Positions 54,186 to 62,846 of a DNA stretch of 64,000 nucleotides are shown in pieces (position 1 is the first letter of the stretch; the number at the start of each line of letters is the position of its first letter). The notes beneath the pieces were generated by a model, which ran no database searches, was not told the origin of the DNA, and saw only the letters and a program-made list of their open reading frames with translations. The translations under genes were made by a program, and so were the position numbers. This DNA comes from Clostridia bacterium (GTDB lineage: Bacteria > Bacillota > Clostridia > Oscillospirales > CAG-272). The stretch is taken from the NCBI GenBank assembly GCA_017467815.1, contig JAFUKI010000123.1, forward strand, positions 7,990 through 71,989, in the 5' to 3' direction.

Positions 54186-54902
54186 ATGACCATGGAAACG
54201 GAAAACATCCAAAAAGTACCGACACTTGACGATCGGCTTATGACAGCAGCATCCTATGTACGGCATGACGGCGTTGTCTGCGATATCGGCACGGATCACG
54301 CCTATATCCCCATATGGCTGCTGTGCAAAGGGATCTGCTCCCGGGCGGTTGCATCGGATATCAACAAAGGTCCCCTGATGAGGGCACGGCAGCACGCGGA
54401 AGAATACGGTGTGGCGGAGAAAATTGCTTTCTATCTGTCCGACGGGCTGGATACTGTGGAACCGGAAGAAAACGGTGTTACGGATATCTGCATCTGCGGC
54501 ATGGGGGGAGAGTTGACGGCATCTATTCTGGAAAGGGGAATGTATACCCGAAAACCGGAAGTACAGATGATCCTTCAGCCCATGTCCAGCGCCTATGAAC
54601 TGCGCGCATATTGCACGGCAAACGGATACACCATTGCCGATGAAAAACTGTGCAAGGCAAACGGTAAAATATACAGCTGTATGTCCGTGTTTTACACAAA
54701 TGAAAAAACAACCTATTCCGAAGGAGAACTGCTGCTTGGCAAACGGAATATTGAAAAACGGGAAGCGTTGTTTGAGGAATATGCGGAGAGACATCTGGCG
54801 GCATTGGACAAAAAGATTAAGGGAAGAACCGCCGGCGGACTTGATATTACCTATGAAACCGGACTGCGTGCCGAACTTACGGAAATAATCAGCGGAAAGT
54901 AA
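54186..54902 (+). CDS. trmK: tRNA (adenine22-N1)-methyltransferase
   Basis: RLMTAASYV...VCDIGTDHAYIPIWL and ICGMGG motifs. Conserved adjacency to the Nif3-like gene. Confidence 0.85.
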   Translation: MTMETENIQKVPTLDDRLMTAASYVRHDGVVCDIGTDHAYIPIWLLCKGICSRAVASDINKGPLMRARQHAEEYGVAEKIAFYLSDGLDTVEPEENGVTDICICGMGGELTASILERGMYTRKPEVQMILQPMSSAYELRAYCTANGYTIADEKLCKANGKIYSCMSVFYTNEKTTYSEGELLLGKRNIEKREALFEEYAERHLAALDKKIKGRTAGGLDITYETGLRAELTEIISGK

Positions 54903-54917
54903 AATGAGGATGAATAT

Positions 54918-55694
54918 ATGAAAATTGCGGAATTGTATGCCTTTCTGGAAGAGAAATACCCGAAGGAATTATCCTGTGCCTGGGACAACGACGGTATGAT
55001 GATCTGCTCTGACCCGGAAGCGGAGATCGGACGTGTTCTGGTCTGCCTGGATGCGACGGAATCCACATTGCGATATGCCGCGGAAAAGGGATATAAAACA
55101 GTGATTACCCATCACCCCCTGCTGTTCAGAGGTCCGAAATCCATCACCCCCGGAAATGTGGGCGGCAGACGGATTCTGCAGGCATTGTCTGCCGGAATAA
55201 CCGTATTGTCATACCACACCAGACTGGATGCAGCCGAAGGTGGGGTAAATGACACCTTGTGCAAACGTCTTGGTTATGCAGCTTCAGAAACATTCGGTGA
55301 TGCGGAAGCGCCTGCACTCGGCAGAATATTCGAACTGCCTTTCCCGATCCCCGCCGGCATGATGGCATCGCAGATCTGCGAAAAGCTGGGTTGTACATCC
55401 GTGCGGCTGAATGGGAACAGTGATAAAATGGTACAGCGGATCGCGGTCTGCGGCGGCGATGGGAAGGATTTCATTTACCCAGCCCTTGCAGCCGGTGCGG
55501 ATATGTTTATAACCGGGGATGCCGGCTACAACATGGCATTGGATGCGGCAGAAGAAGGACTGGTCACGGTGGAAGCCGGACATTATCACACCGAAGCACC
55601 GGTATGCCATGAACTGGCAGAAGTGATCCGCGGCTTTACCGGAGAAAGATGCGTGGTACTGGAGGAAGAGCCGTATACACATATTCTCGGATAA
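54918..55694 (+). CDS. Nif3-like dinuclear-metal-centre protein (YqfO family)
   Basis: WDNDGMMI, VITHHPLLFRG, and TGD...H at the C-terminus. Confidence 0.85.
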   Translation: MKIAELYAFLEEKYPKELSCAWDNDGMMICSDPEAEIGRVLVCLDATESTLRYAAEKGYKTVITHHPLLFRGPKSITPGNVGGRRILQALSAGITVLSYHTRLDAAEGGVNDTLCKRLGYAASETFGDAEAPALGRIFELPFPIPAGMMASQICEKLGCTSVRLNGNSDKMVQRIAVCGGDGKDFIYPALAAGADMFITGDAGYNMALDAAEEGLVTVEAGHYHTEAPVCHELAEVIRGFTGERCVVLEEEPYTHILG

Positions 55695-55750
55695 ACCATA
55701 CGCAACGTAACGGAATGAATCTATTTTTGTAGTATTTTTAGGCTGGGTGC

Positions 55751-55779
55751 TTGACTTTTTCTTGGACAGAATATATAAT
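55751..55779 (+). promoter_or_regulatory. Sigma-A promoter TTGACT-17-TATAAT
   Basis: Read directly. Lies about 225 nt upstream of the ATG at 56005. Confidence 0.5.
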
Positions 55780-56004
55780 AGATCCAAAAGTACCATCATA
55801 CGGATGATGCTCATTTTTAAGAGAAAGTATTTCCTTCTATATTGAAATTGAAATTTTGCACAGCCCTTTGGTGCCCGAGTGGTCGATGGTGATGAATTGT
55901 TTTTGAATTTTTTTGTTTATTTGAGGGCGATGAGAGATATATTACCATAAAGTATTTCAAGTAAAACCTAAAAGGTAAATTCAAAATCAATGAGGTGAAA
56001 ACAA

Positions 56005-58722
56005 ATGGAACGACTGGTGAAGATCGATCCGTTCTTTGATAAACAGCCGCCGCTTTCGTTTATCGAAGATCTGAAAAAACCGCTGCACGTCTCAGCACCC
56101 GTCTATTATGGAAAACGTGCCAAAGACGAAAAAGAAATCGATGCTCACGGATTGTACCTCGATACTCTGTATCCCGACGATCCGGAACGATTGCTCGAAA
56201 CGGTATACGACGATATTCAGTTATTCTTCAATATTTATGGTATCGGAGGAGACAAATATCCCATAAGGATAGTAAAAGGGAATACCGATTGCTTTGAAGC
56301 CTATATTGTGGAGATTACGGCTGAAGGTATTACGATAACTGCCAACGATACGGAAGGGGTAAGACGTGCACTGATCTGGCTGGAAGATGAACTGCGCCGC
56401 CGGGAGAATGCTTATCTTGAACCCGGTATGGTCAAACGTGTTCCCCATATCCGTTCAAGAATTACGCGCTGTTTCTTCAGCCCCATCAACCGTCCGCCGA
56501 AAAATGGCGATGAACTGAGCGATGATATTGACTACTATCCTGAAGAATATCTGAACCGATTGATGCATGACGGTGCCAATGGGGTATGGATCTATACCAG
56601 ATTTTCGGACCTCCTGCCTTCTACCTATATCGAAGAAAACGGACGGGGATATGAGGCACGTATAGCAAAGCTCAACCGTGTCATTGAGAAGTGCAGGCGG
56701 TACGGTATCGGTGTGTATGTGTTTGCCATCGAACCGGTGGCTTTGTACGGCAGACAGGCGGAGAAATATTCCGGAATGACCGGTTCACCCATCGGGACCG
56801 CCGGTGCTGCCATCTGTCCCGGCAGTGAAATGGGAAAGGCTTACTGTTACGAAGCCGGTGTGCGTCTGATGCAGTTGGCGCCGAAACTGGCAGGCTACAT
56901 CAGCATCACTTACGGTGAACGGGCGACCAGCTGTGCGTCTGTCAATCATCGGCTCTGTCCCCTCTGCGGTAAAAAAGGTCATGGAGAAGTGCTGGCTTCG
57001 GCAGTGGAGGCTCTCCGTTCCGGTATCCGTGATGTCAGACCCGAATGTGAAACCGTCAGCTGGACATACGGTGCCCGCAACTGCAAACCGGAAGAAATTC
57101 GCGAATATGTACGGTGTGCGCCGGCGGACGTAATGCTGATGCAGAATTTTGACGATATGGGGTATGAAGAACAGCTGGGCGAGATGCGGCAGGGCGTGGA
57201 CTATTGGCTGTCATACATAGGTCCTTCGGATCTGTTCCGTCTGACCGCAGAGGAAGCAAAAGCACAGGGAAAGCATATGTTTGCGAAAATGCAGGTCTGC
57301 TGTTCCCACGAGATTGCATCCATTCCATATGTTCCGGTACCGGGAATTCTGTATAAGAAATACAAAGCCGCCTATGAACTGGGTGTGGAAGGCGTTATGC
57401 AGTGCTGGTATTTCGGCAATTATCCTTCTCTGATGAGCAAGGCGGCAGGCGAGCTGGCGTTCAGCGATTTCACTGACGAGGATGCATTCCTTACTTCTCT
57501 TGCCGGTGTTTACTGGGGCAGAACCAAAGCGCCGACGGTTGTGAAGGCATGGAAAGCATTTGAGGCATCCTACCGTCAGTATCCTCTCAATATTGTGTTC
57601 AGTTATTATGGACCGATGCACGACGGTGTAGTATGGAAGCTGGCTCTCAAGCCGAAAAACTTCTCACTGGCAAGAACCTGGCAGGGGATTGACCCTATCG
57701 ACGGTGACCGTATTGGAGAAGCCCTGCTGAACGGACATACCTTGGAGGAAGCACTCACGTTGGTGAACGGTATGAGTGACCGATGGGATGACGGTATGCA
57801 TGCACTTGCTGCTCTTCAGACAGAAAGTGACGATGAACGGGAACAGAATTCCGTAGCCGCGGCTATCCGGCTTCTGTTTGCATCGGGACGGAACATTCTT
57901 GCTTTCTATCAGTTACGCGATCTACTGGGACGGGGTGTCGGTGATCCGATGGAAACCCTTGAAAAGATGCGTACTTTGGTGAAAAATGAGATGGAAAACA
58001 GCCGTCTCATGATTCCGCTTTGCGAAAACGACAAACGCCTTGGATATCATTCTGAGGCAGAAGGTTTCAAATTCTTCCCGGAAAAGCTGCAGGACCGTAT
58101 CGCACAGCTGGAAGAATTGTTGGCAGCCGAATTTGCTGAAGTGGAACAGCGTATCAAAGACGGTAAAGCACCTCTTGAATACTATGAAGGTATTGAAGAC
58201 GCACCGGATATTAAGTCGTATACGATGCAGGATACCGGTTTGGAGAATGCGGAGTGGGAATGTGTCGGTGAGGAGGATACCCATAAGTTCCGTGTGGCTT
58301 ATGACAGTGAACATATCTATCTGGAATTGTACAGCAGCAAAGAGGTTACCTTCACCATCGGGCCGGAGTTCAGGCTTTTGTGGCCGGACGTGATAATGAA
58401 TGTTTCCAAAGGCGGGAAAATGCAGCTTGGTTACGATGCCCGGATGTATCATTCATTGTTTGGGGAACGTGAAGCAAAGGAATACGAAAAATATGCAGAT
58501 TTCCAAAGTGAAGATGGTCCCGGCACGCATGTTCGGTTTGCTTTTGCCCTTGATAAGATAGGACTTGATAGAATCCGTCCGTTCAAACTGAAAATTGAAG
58601 CGGACGGTAAAGCATGGTGTACAGAAAAAGAAGGTATTTATGCATCCGGCAAGGTGACAATCAATCCCAGCGGATACGGGTGGATTATACCGGCAGCAAA
58701 ATCTGAAATATCGGATCCGTAA
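56005..58722 (+). CDS. Large (905-aa) cytoplasmic hypothetical protein, possibly a glycoside-hydrolase-like TIM-barrel enzyme
   Basis: Clean ORF with an AGGTGA RBS and no signal peptide. The segment GVWIYTRFSDLL...YGIGVYVFAIEP suggests a barrel, but I cannot name a family. Confidence 0.35.
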   Translation: MERLVKIDPFFDKQPPLSFIEDLKKPLHVSAPVYYGKRAKDEKEIDAHGLYLDTLYPDDPERLLETVYDDIQLFFNIYGIGGDKYPIRIVKGNTDCFEAYIVEITAEGITITANDTEGVRRALIWLEDELRRRENAYLEPGMVKRVPHIRSRITRCFFSPINRPPKNGDELSDDIDYYPEEYLNRLMHDGANGVWIYTRFSDLLPSTYIEENGRGYEARIAKLNRVIEKCRRYGIGVYVFAIEPVALYGRQAEKYSGMTGSPIGTAGAAICPGSEMGKAYCYEAGVRLMQLAPKLAGYISITYGERATSCASVNHRLCPLCGKKGHGEVLASAVEALRSGIRDVRPECETVSWTYGARNCKPEEIREYVRCAPADVMLMQNFDDMGYEEQLGEMRQGVDYWLSYIGPSDLFRLTAEEAKAQGKHMFAKMQVCCSHEIASIPYVPVPGILYKKYKAAYELGVEGVMQCWYFGNYPSLMSKAAGELAFSDFTDEDAFLTSLAGVYWGRTKAPTVVKAWKAFEASYRQYPLNIVFSYYGPMHDGVVWKLALKPKNFSLARTWQGIDPIDGDRIGEALLNGHTLEEALTLVNGMSDRWDDGMHALAALQTESDDEREQNSVAAAIRLLFASGRNILAFYQLRDLLGRGVGDPMETLEKMRTLVKNEMENSRLMIPLCENDKRLGYHSEAEGFKFFPEKLQDRIAQLEELLAAEFAEVEQRIKDGKAPLEYYEGIEDAPDIKSYTMQDTGLENAEWECVGEEDTHKFRVAYDSEHIYLELYSSKEVTFTIGPEFRLLWPDVIMNVSKGGKMQLGYDARMYHSLFGEREAKEYEKYADFQSEDGPGTHVRFAFALDKIGLDRIRPFKLKIEADGKAWCTEKEGIYASGKVTINPSGYGWIIPAAKSEISDP

Positions 58723-58790
58723 ATATAATAAAAATATCCTGTGTTCCGCAGAACTTTTTCTTGCAGAATACAGGATATTTTTTATGAATT

Positions 58791-59855
58791 TCATTTAACC
58801 ATAAACAAAGTCAGATCCCAGAACGGCACGCAGTCCGGACGGCGCAGATGCAATGTGTGATCCGGCAGCCATTCGTGCAGGAGCAGGGGCAGCTCCCATA
58901 AATCTTCCGTCCGATGATACAGGGATACCATCATGGACGGTGCCTGGGTGCAGATTGTCGTTTTTCCGCCGTACAGCGCGTTTCTCTCAGCACCTTCCAC
59001 ATCCAGCTTGATCAGATCCACCGGCACGTCATCGGAAAACAGACTGTCGATGGTCCGCGCCTGAACGATGGTCTCTTTGGAACGGCGGTTCCTGCCGCTT
59101 TCACCGGATCCGCGGCTGGCGGAGGAAGTGTACTGCAGCTGTTCATCCTTGTCCCATAAGGCACAATGGACGGGACGGATACTGCATCGCGTCTCAGAAG
59201 CGGCGTAGGCTTCCAGATGACGGAAAGTCCGGCTGTCGGCTTCGGCGGCGTAGATTACCCGGGCATCCGGCAATGCGGTACAGAAATCTGCGGCACTGTC
59301 TCCCCGGAATGCACCGCCGTCCAGAATTACGCGGATTCCCCTGCCGCCCAGCAGTTCACGGATGGCATCAGTATTTTCGCAGGTACAGCGCAGATACTCC
59401 TGTTTTCCCGTCAGCCGGAACTGCAGAGCATCGTCAAAAATCCGCAGGGATTCTGCATCCCCCAGAAGGGCACGCACCTGTTCGATTTCCGGTAAATGCG
59501 CAGTATAATATGCCGTATTGAACACCGCACCGCCGTACAGGGGGACTTCGGGAATGTATAAAGTATGACGACGATCCAGAGAATCAATGAATGCCCGTAC
59601 TTCCGGCAAAGTGGTGCCGAATGCCAGCAGAATCACAATATCCTCGCCGTATTCCCCCACAACATCACGGTAAGCACGAACCGGCATATCCCGGAATGTG
59701 CGGTTTCTCACAAAGCCATCGGATGCAAATACGCCCGTAAGATGAGCACCGGCAGATTGGCAGGCGTCAATGATCTTGTCCCCGCCATTTCCCGTGCCAT
59801 ACAGGAAGATCGGTCGTGTTTCACCGGCAAGTGTATCCCACAGATCCATATTCAA
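58791..59855 (-). CDS. FkbM-family methyltransferase
   Basis: VILDGGAFRGDSAADF (SAM-binding) and LIKLDVEGAERNALYGG motifs. Confidence 0.8.
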   Translation of the reverse strand: MNMDLWDTLAGETRPIFLYGTGNGGDKIIDACQSAGAHLTGVFASDGFVRNRTFRDMPVRAYRDVVGEYGEDIVILLAFGTTLPEVRAFIDSLDRRHTLYIPEVPLYGGAVFNTAYYTAHLPEIEQVRALLGDAESLRIFDDALQFRLTGKQEYLRCTCENTDAIRELLGGRGIRVILDGGAFRGDSAADFCTALPDARVIYAAEADSRTFRHLEAYAASETRCSIRPVHCALWDKDEQLQYTSSASRGSGESGRNRRSKETIVQARTIDSLFSDDVPVDLIKLDVEGAERNALYGGKTTICTQAPSMMVSLYHRTEDLWELPLLLHEWLPDHTLHLRRPDCVPFWDLTLFMVK

Positions 59856-60685
59856 TACCCCAGTGCCTTCGCTTCTTCTTCCAGATGCAGGAAACGTACG
59901 GCATTGTTCCAGAAAATGTCTTCCCGCTGGTCATCGGTCAGATCAATTCTCAAAAATCTTTCCACTTCTTCAGCAGTGTTTTTTACAGGATAGTCCGTAC
60001 CGAACATAATATTTTCCGCACCCAGCTTACCGATCAGCATACCGGCATATTCCGGCGTCATTGCCCAGAGTGCGCTGGAAGTATCATACCAAACCTGTTC
60101 CTTGCCTGCCAGATAGGTCAGTGCATCTTCCCATGCCTTGTAGCCGCCGAGATGGGCTGCCACGATTTCCAGCTTGGGGAAGTTTTCCATGATATGTACG
60201 ATTTTTCTGGATTCGGAAAAACGGTACTGGGGACGGTCATCGCCTACATGGAGATATAAGGGCATTCTGCCCTCCATGAGAGCATACAGTTCAAACAACC
60301 GGGGATCGTCCACATCCACTTCCTGAATATCCGGGTGAAGCTTCACGCCTTTGAGACCGATTTCCAGGGAACGGTTCAACTCCCCTTCGAAATCCGCAAA
60401 ATCCTGATGCATTCCGGCAAAACCAACTGTCAGGAAACCTCTGGAACGGGAATATTCCGCAAGAGCTGCGATGGAATCGTTTACCTTGGAAACCTGATGG
60501 ACATTGGTGGCAACGGAAAATAAGAGGTAACCGTGTACATTGTTTTCCTGTGCCTGACTTTCCAGATGGCTGTAAGTACCCTTGCCTTCTACATGTAAAT
60601 TATAGAAATTCCCCAGATTGACCGTAGCTTTGTCGGCAATTATTTCGGGGTAGGTGTGTGTGTGAATATCGAATATCTTGTACAT
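59852..60685 (-). CDS. Amidohydrolase-family (TIM-barrel metal-dependent hydrolase) protein
   Basis: FDIHTHTYP (HxH), later H/D ligand positions (LHPDIQ, AAHLGG, FGTDYP). 4-nt overlap with the FkbM gene. Confidence 0.75.
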   Translation of the reverse strand: MYKIFDIHTHTYPEIIADKATVNLGNFYNLHVEGKGTYSHLESQAQENNVHGYLLFSVATNVHQVSKVNDSIAALAEYSRSRGFLTVGFAGMHQDFADFEGELNRSLEIGLKGVKLHPDIQEVDVDDPRLFELYALMEGRMPLYLHVGDDRPQYRFSESRKIVHIMENFPKLEIVAAHLGGYKAWEDALTYLAGKEQVWYDTSSALWAMTPEYAGMLIGKLGAENIMFGTDYPVKNTAEEVERFLRIDLTDDQREDIFWNNAVRFLHLEEEAKALGY

Positions 60686-60779
60686 AATTCAGTCCTTGAT
60701 TTTTTGTAATGGATGTGGTAAAATGATGACGGACAAAATAATCTGCATCGGGAGACCGATGATTTACGGGAGGAAAAAT

Positions 60780-61121
60780 ATGACAGACTGCCTGTTCTGC
60801 AAAATTATCGCAGGGACAATTCCCTCAAACAAGGTTTACGAAGATGATGACATGCTGGCTTTCCACGACATCAATCCGGAAGCACCCGTACACGTGCTGG
60901 TGATCCCCAAGGCGCACATCCCGTCCATGGATGGCGTAACGGCGGAAAACAGCTGTGCGGTAGCGAAGATCTTTGAAAAGATTCCGGAAATCGCCAAGAT
61001 GGCAGGTATCACCAACGGCTACAGACTGATTTCCAACTGCGGCGAAGATGCCGGACAGACTGTACATCATCTGCATTTCCACATCGTAGGCGGAACAAAA
61101 CTGCCGGTTCACATTGTATAA
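60780..61121 (+). CDS. HIT-family (histidine triad) nucleotide hydrolase
   Basis: CLFCKIIAG...VLVIPKAHI...QTVHHLHFHIVGG. Start at ATG 60780 after GGGAGGA. Confidence 0.9.
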   Translation: MTDCLFCKIIAGTIPSNKVYEDDDMLAFHDINPEAPVHVLVIPKAHIPSMDGVTAENSCAVAKIFEKIPEIAKMAGITNGYRLISNCGEDAGQTVHHLHFHIVGGTKLPVHIV

Positions 61122-61126
61122 AGAGC

Positions 61127-61167
61127 AAAGCAGGAGAGTAATCGTAGAAACGAGGCTCTCCTGCTTT
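61127..61167. terminator. Bidirectional terminator (12-bp stem AAAGCAGGAGAG/CTCTCCTGCTTT)
   Basis: Sits between the convergent HIT and aspartate kinase genes. Confidence 0.75.
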
Positions 61168-61172
61168 CGGAT

Positions 61173-62525
61173 TTATTTAACAAATTCGTGATAGATAGCG
61201 CCGAGAGCTTTTTCAAAGTCATCTTCCATAACGCCGATAATGATGTTGAATTCAGAAGAACCCTGGTCGATCATACGGATGTTGACATCGGCTTCCGCAC
61301 AGGCTTTGAATACGCGCAGTGCAGTACCCTTGGCTTTGACCATACTGCGTCCTACAACGGCGATAAGTGCCAGACCTTCTTCTACTGTTACGGAATCCGG
61401 TTCTACAAGACTGCAGATACGGTTTACAATGCGTTCTTTGCAATGCTCGATTTCATGGGAGTTAAGAACAACGCTCATGGTATCAATACCGGAGGGCATA
61501 TGTTCGAAGGAAATGCCTTCGTTTTCAATGGCTTCCAGAACCTTTCTGCCGAATCCCTTTTCGGAGTTCATCATTGCCTTTTCGATGTTGATAACGGAGA
61601 AGCCTTTTTTACCGGTAACGCCGGTGATGATGTTTTTGGTATCATACTTGTTGGTGTGGGGAACGATCATGGTGCCATTGTCTGCAGGATTGTTGGTGTT
61701 GCGGATGTTTACCGGAATTCCGGCAAAACGAACAGGGAAAATCGCGTCTTCATGGAGAACGCTGGCACCCATGTAGGACAGTTCACGGAGTTCCTTGTAG
61801 GTGATCAGGTCGATACCCTTGGGATCGTCTACGATACGGGGATCTGCCATCAGGAAACCGTTTACGTCGGTCCAGTTTTCGTAAATATCAGCCAGTACGG
61901 CTCTTGCAACGATGGAACCGGTAATGTCGGAACCACCTCTGGAGAAGGTACGGATGGTACCGTTGGGCATGGAACCGTAGAAACCGGGGATAACACCGTT
62001 TTCATGCTTAGCCAGTTCAGCGGAAAGCAGTCCGTTTGTCTTTTCCGCATCAAATATGCCGTTGTCAGCGAAATGAATGAAGTGGGCAGGATCAATGAAA
62101 TCGTAGTTCAGATAAGCAGCGAGAATGATACCGTTGAGATATTCACCGCGGCTTGCCGCATAGTCACGACCGGCGTGATGGGTGATTGCCCACTGGATAT
62201 GCTCATATTCATCCTTCAGATCCAGATCCAGACCCAGACCTTCGATGATGGAGTTGTATCTTTCCTGAATCTTTCCAAAAATTTCAGAAATGTCCTCACC
62301 GGCGGCGGATATATTATAGCATTCGTACAGCATATCCGTAACTTTGGTGTCATTGCCGAAGCGTTTGCCGGGGGCAGAGGGGATTACAAAACGACGGGAG
62401 GGATCGGCGGTAACAATTTCTTTTACTTTACCGAAATGTTCGGCGTCCGCAAGGGAACTGCCTCCGAATTTCAAAACTTTTACTTGTGCCTGCTGATTTG
62501 CGGCTTCTTTCATTTGTCTGTCCAC
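61173..62525 (-). CDS. Aspartate kinase
   Basis: VLKFGGSSLADAE, SRGGSD and a C-terminal ACT-type region. GTG start after GAGGA. Confidence 0.9.
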   Translation of the reverse strand: MDRQMKEAANQQAQVKVLKFGGSSLADAEHFGKVKEIVTADPSRRFVIPSAPGKRFGNDTKVTDMLYECYNISAAGEDISEIFGKIQERYNSIIEGLGLDLDLKDEYEHIQWAITHHAGRDYAASRGEYLNGIILAAYLNYDFIDPAHFIHFADNGIFDAEKTNGLLSAELAKHENGVIPGFYGSMPNGTIRTFSRGGSDITGSIVARAVLADIYENWTDVNGFLMADPRIVDDPKGIDLITYKELRELSYMGASVLHEDAIFPVRFAGIPVNIRNTNNPADNGTMIVPHTNKYDTKNIITGVTGKKGFSVINIEKAMMNSEKGFGRKVLEAIENEGISFEHMPSGIDTMSVVLNSHEIEHCKERIVNRICSLVEPDSVTVEEGLALIAVVGRSMVKAKGTALRVFKACAEADVNIRMIDQGSSEFNIIIGVMEDDFEKALGAIYHEFVK

Positions 62526-62559
62526 TGTTCTATCCTCGAATTATCATGTAATACATTAT

Positions 62560-62588
62560 ATTATATGAAAAATTCCCGTCATTGTCAA
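62560..62588 (-). promoter_or_regulatory. Consensus sigma-A promoter TTGACA-17-TATAAT for aspartate kinase
   Basis: Read on the minus strand. It leaves only about 30 nt of leader. Confidence 0.75.
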
Positions 62589-62767
62589 TGGGATATTTAT
62601 ACAGATTCGTACGAATAATCATACCAAAATAAGGCAGTTTTACAATTTCCGCGCCTCTGAATCCGACAAATCCGGCGGCAGGGGAGGCAGAAGGGGCGCA
62701 ATTCCGGTCAAAAAGGGGTAAAAACGGAATTTCCGGCTGCACAAAAGGAATGCATTGGCAAATCTTC

Positions 62768-62796
62768 TTGCATAGAAAAGGGGAATGTGGTATAAT
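62768..62796 (+). promoter_or_regulatory. Sigma-A promoter TTGCAT-17-TGgTATAAT for murC
   Basis: Read directly, 50 nt upstream of the ATG at 62847. Confidence 0.7.
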
Positions 62797-62846
62797 ATAG
62801 AAAAGATATTCCGGTATACGGAATGATACAGGAAAGGATTACAAAT

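Noticed and set aside
51147-54794. Minus-strand ORFs 51147-52031, 52667-53434 and 53949-54794.
   Set aside because: They are antisense to the YycI-position gene, murA and DUF1858/trmK, and have no independent support.
61188-62618. 476-aa plus-strand ORF.
   Set aside because: It is antisense to aspartate kinase (VLKFGGSS..., ACT region), so it is a shadow ORF.
62526-62760. Possible lysine/threonine riboswitch or T-box leader upstream of aspartate kinase.
   Set aside because: A consensus TTGACA-17-TATAAT promoter sits only ~35 nt upstream of the GTG start, which leaves no room for a riboswitch. The GC-richer 62590-62760 spacer shows only short, weak stems (e.g. AATTCCG/CGGAATT) and no riboswitch core that I recognise.
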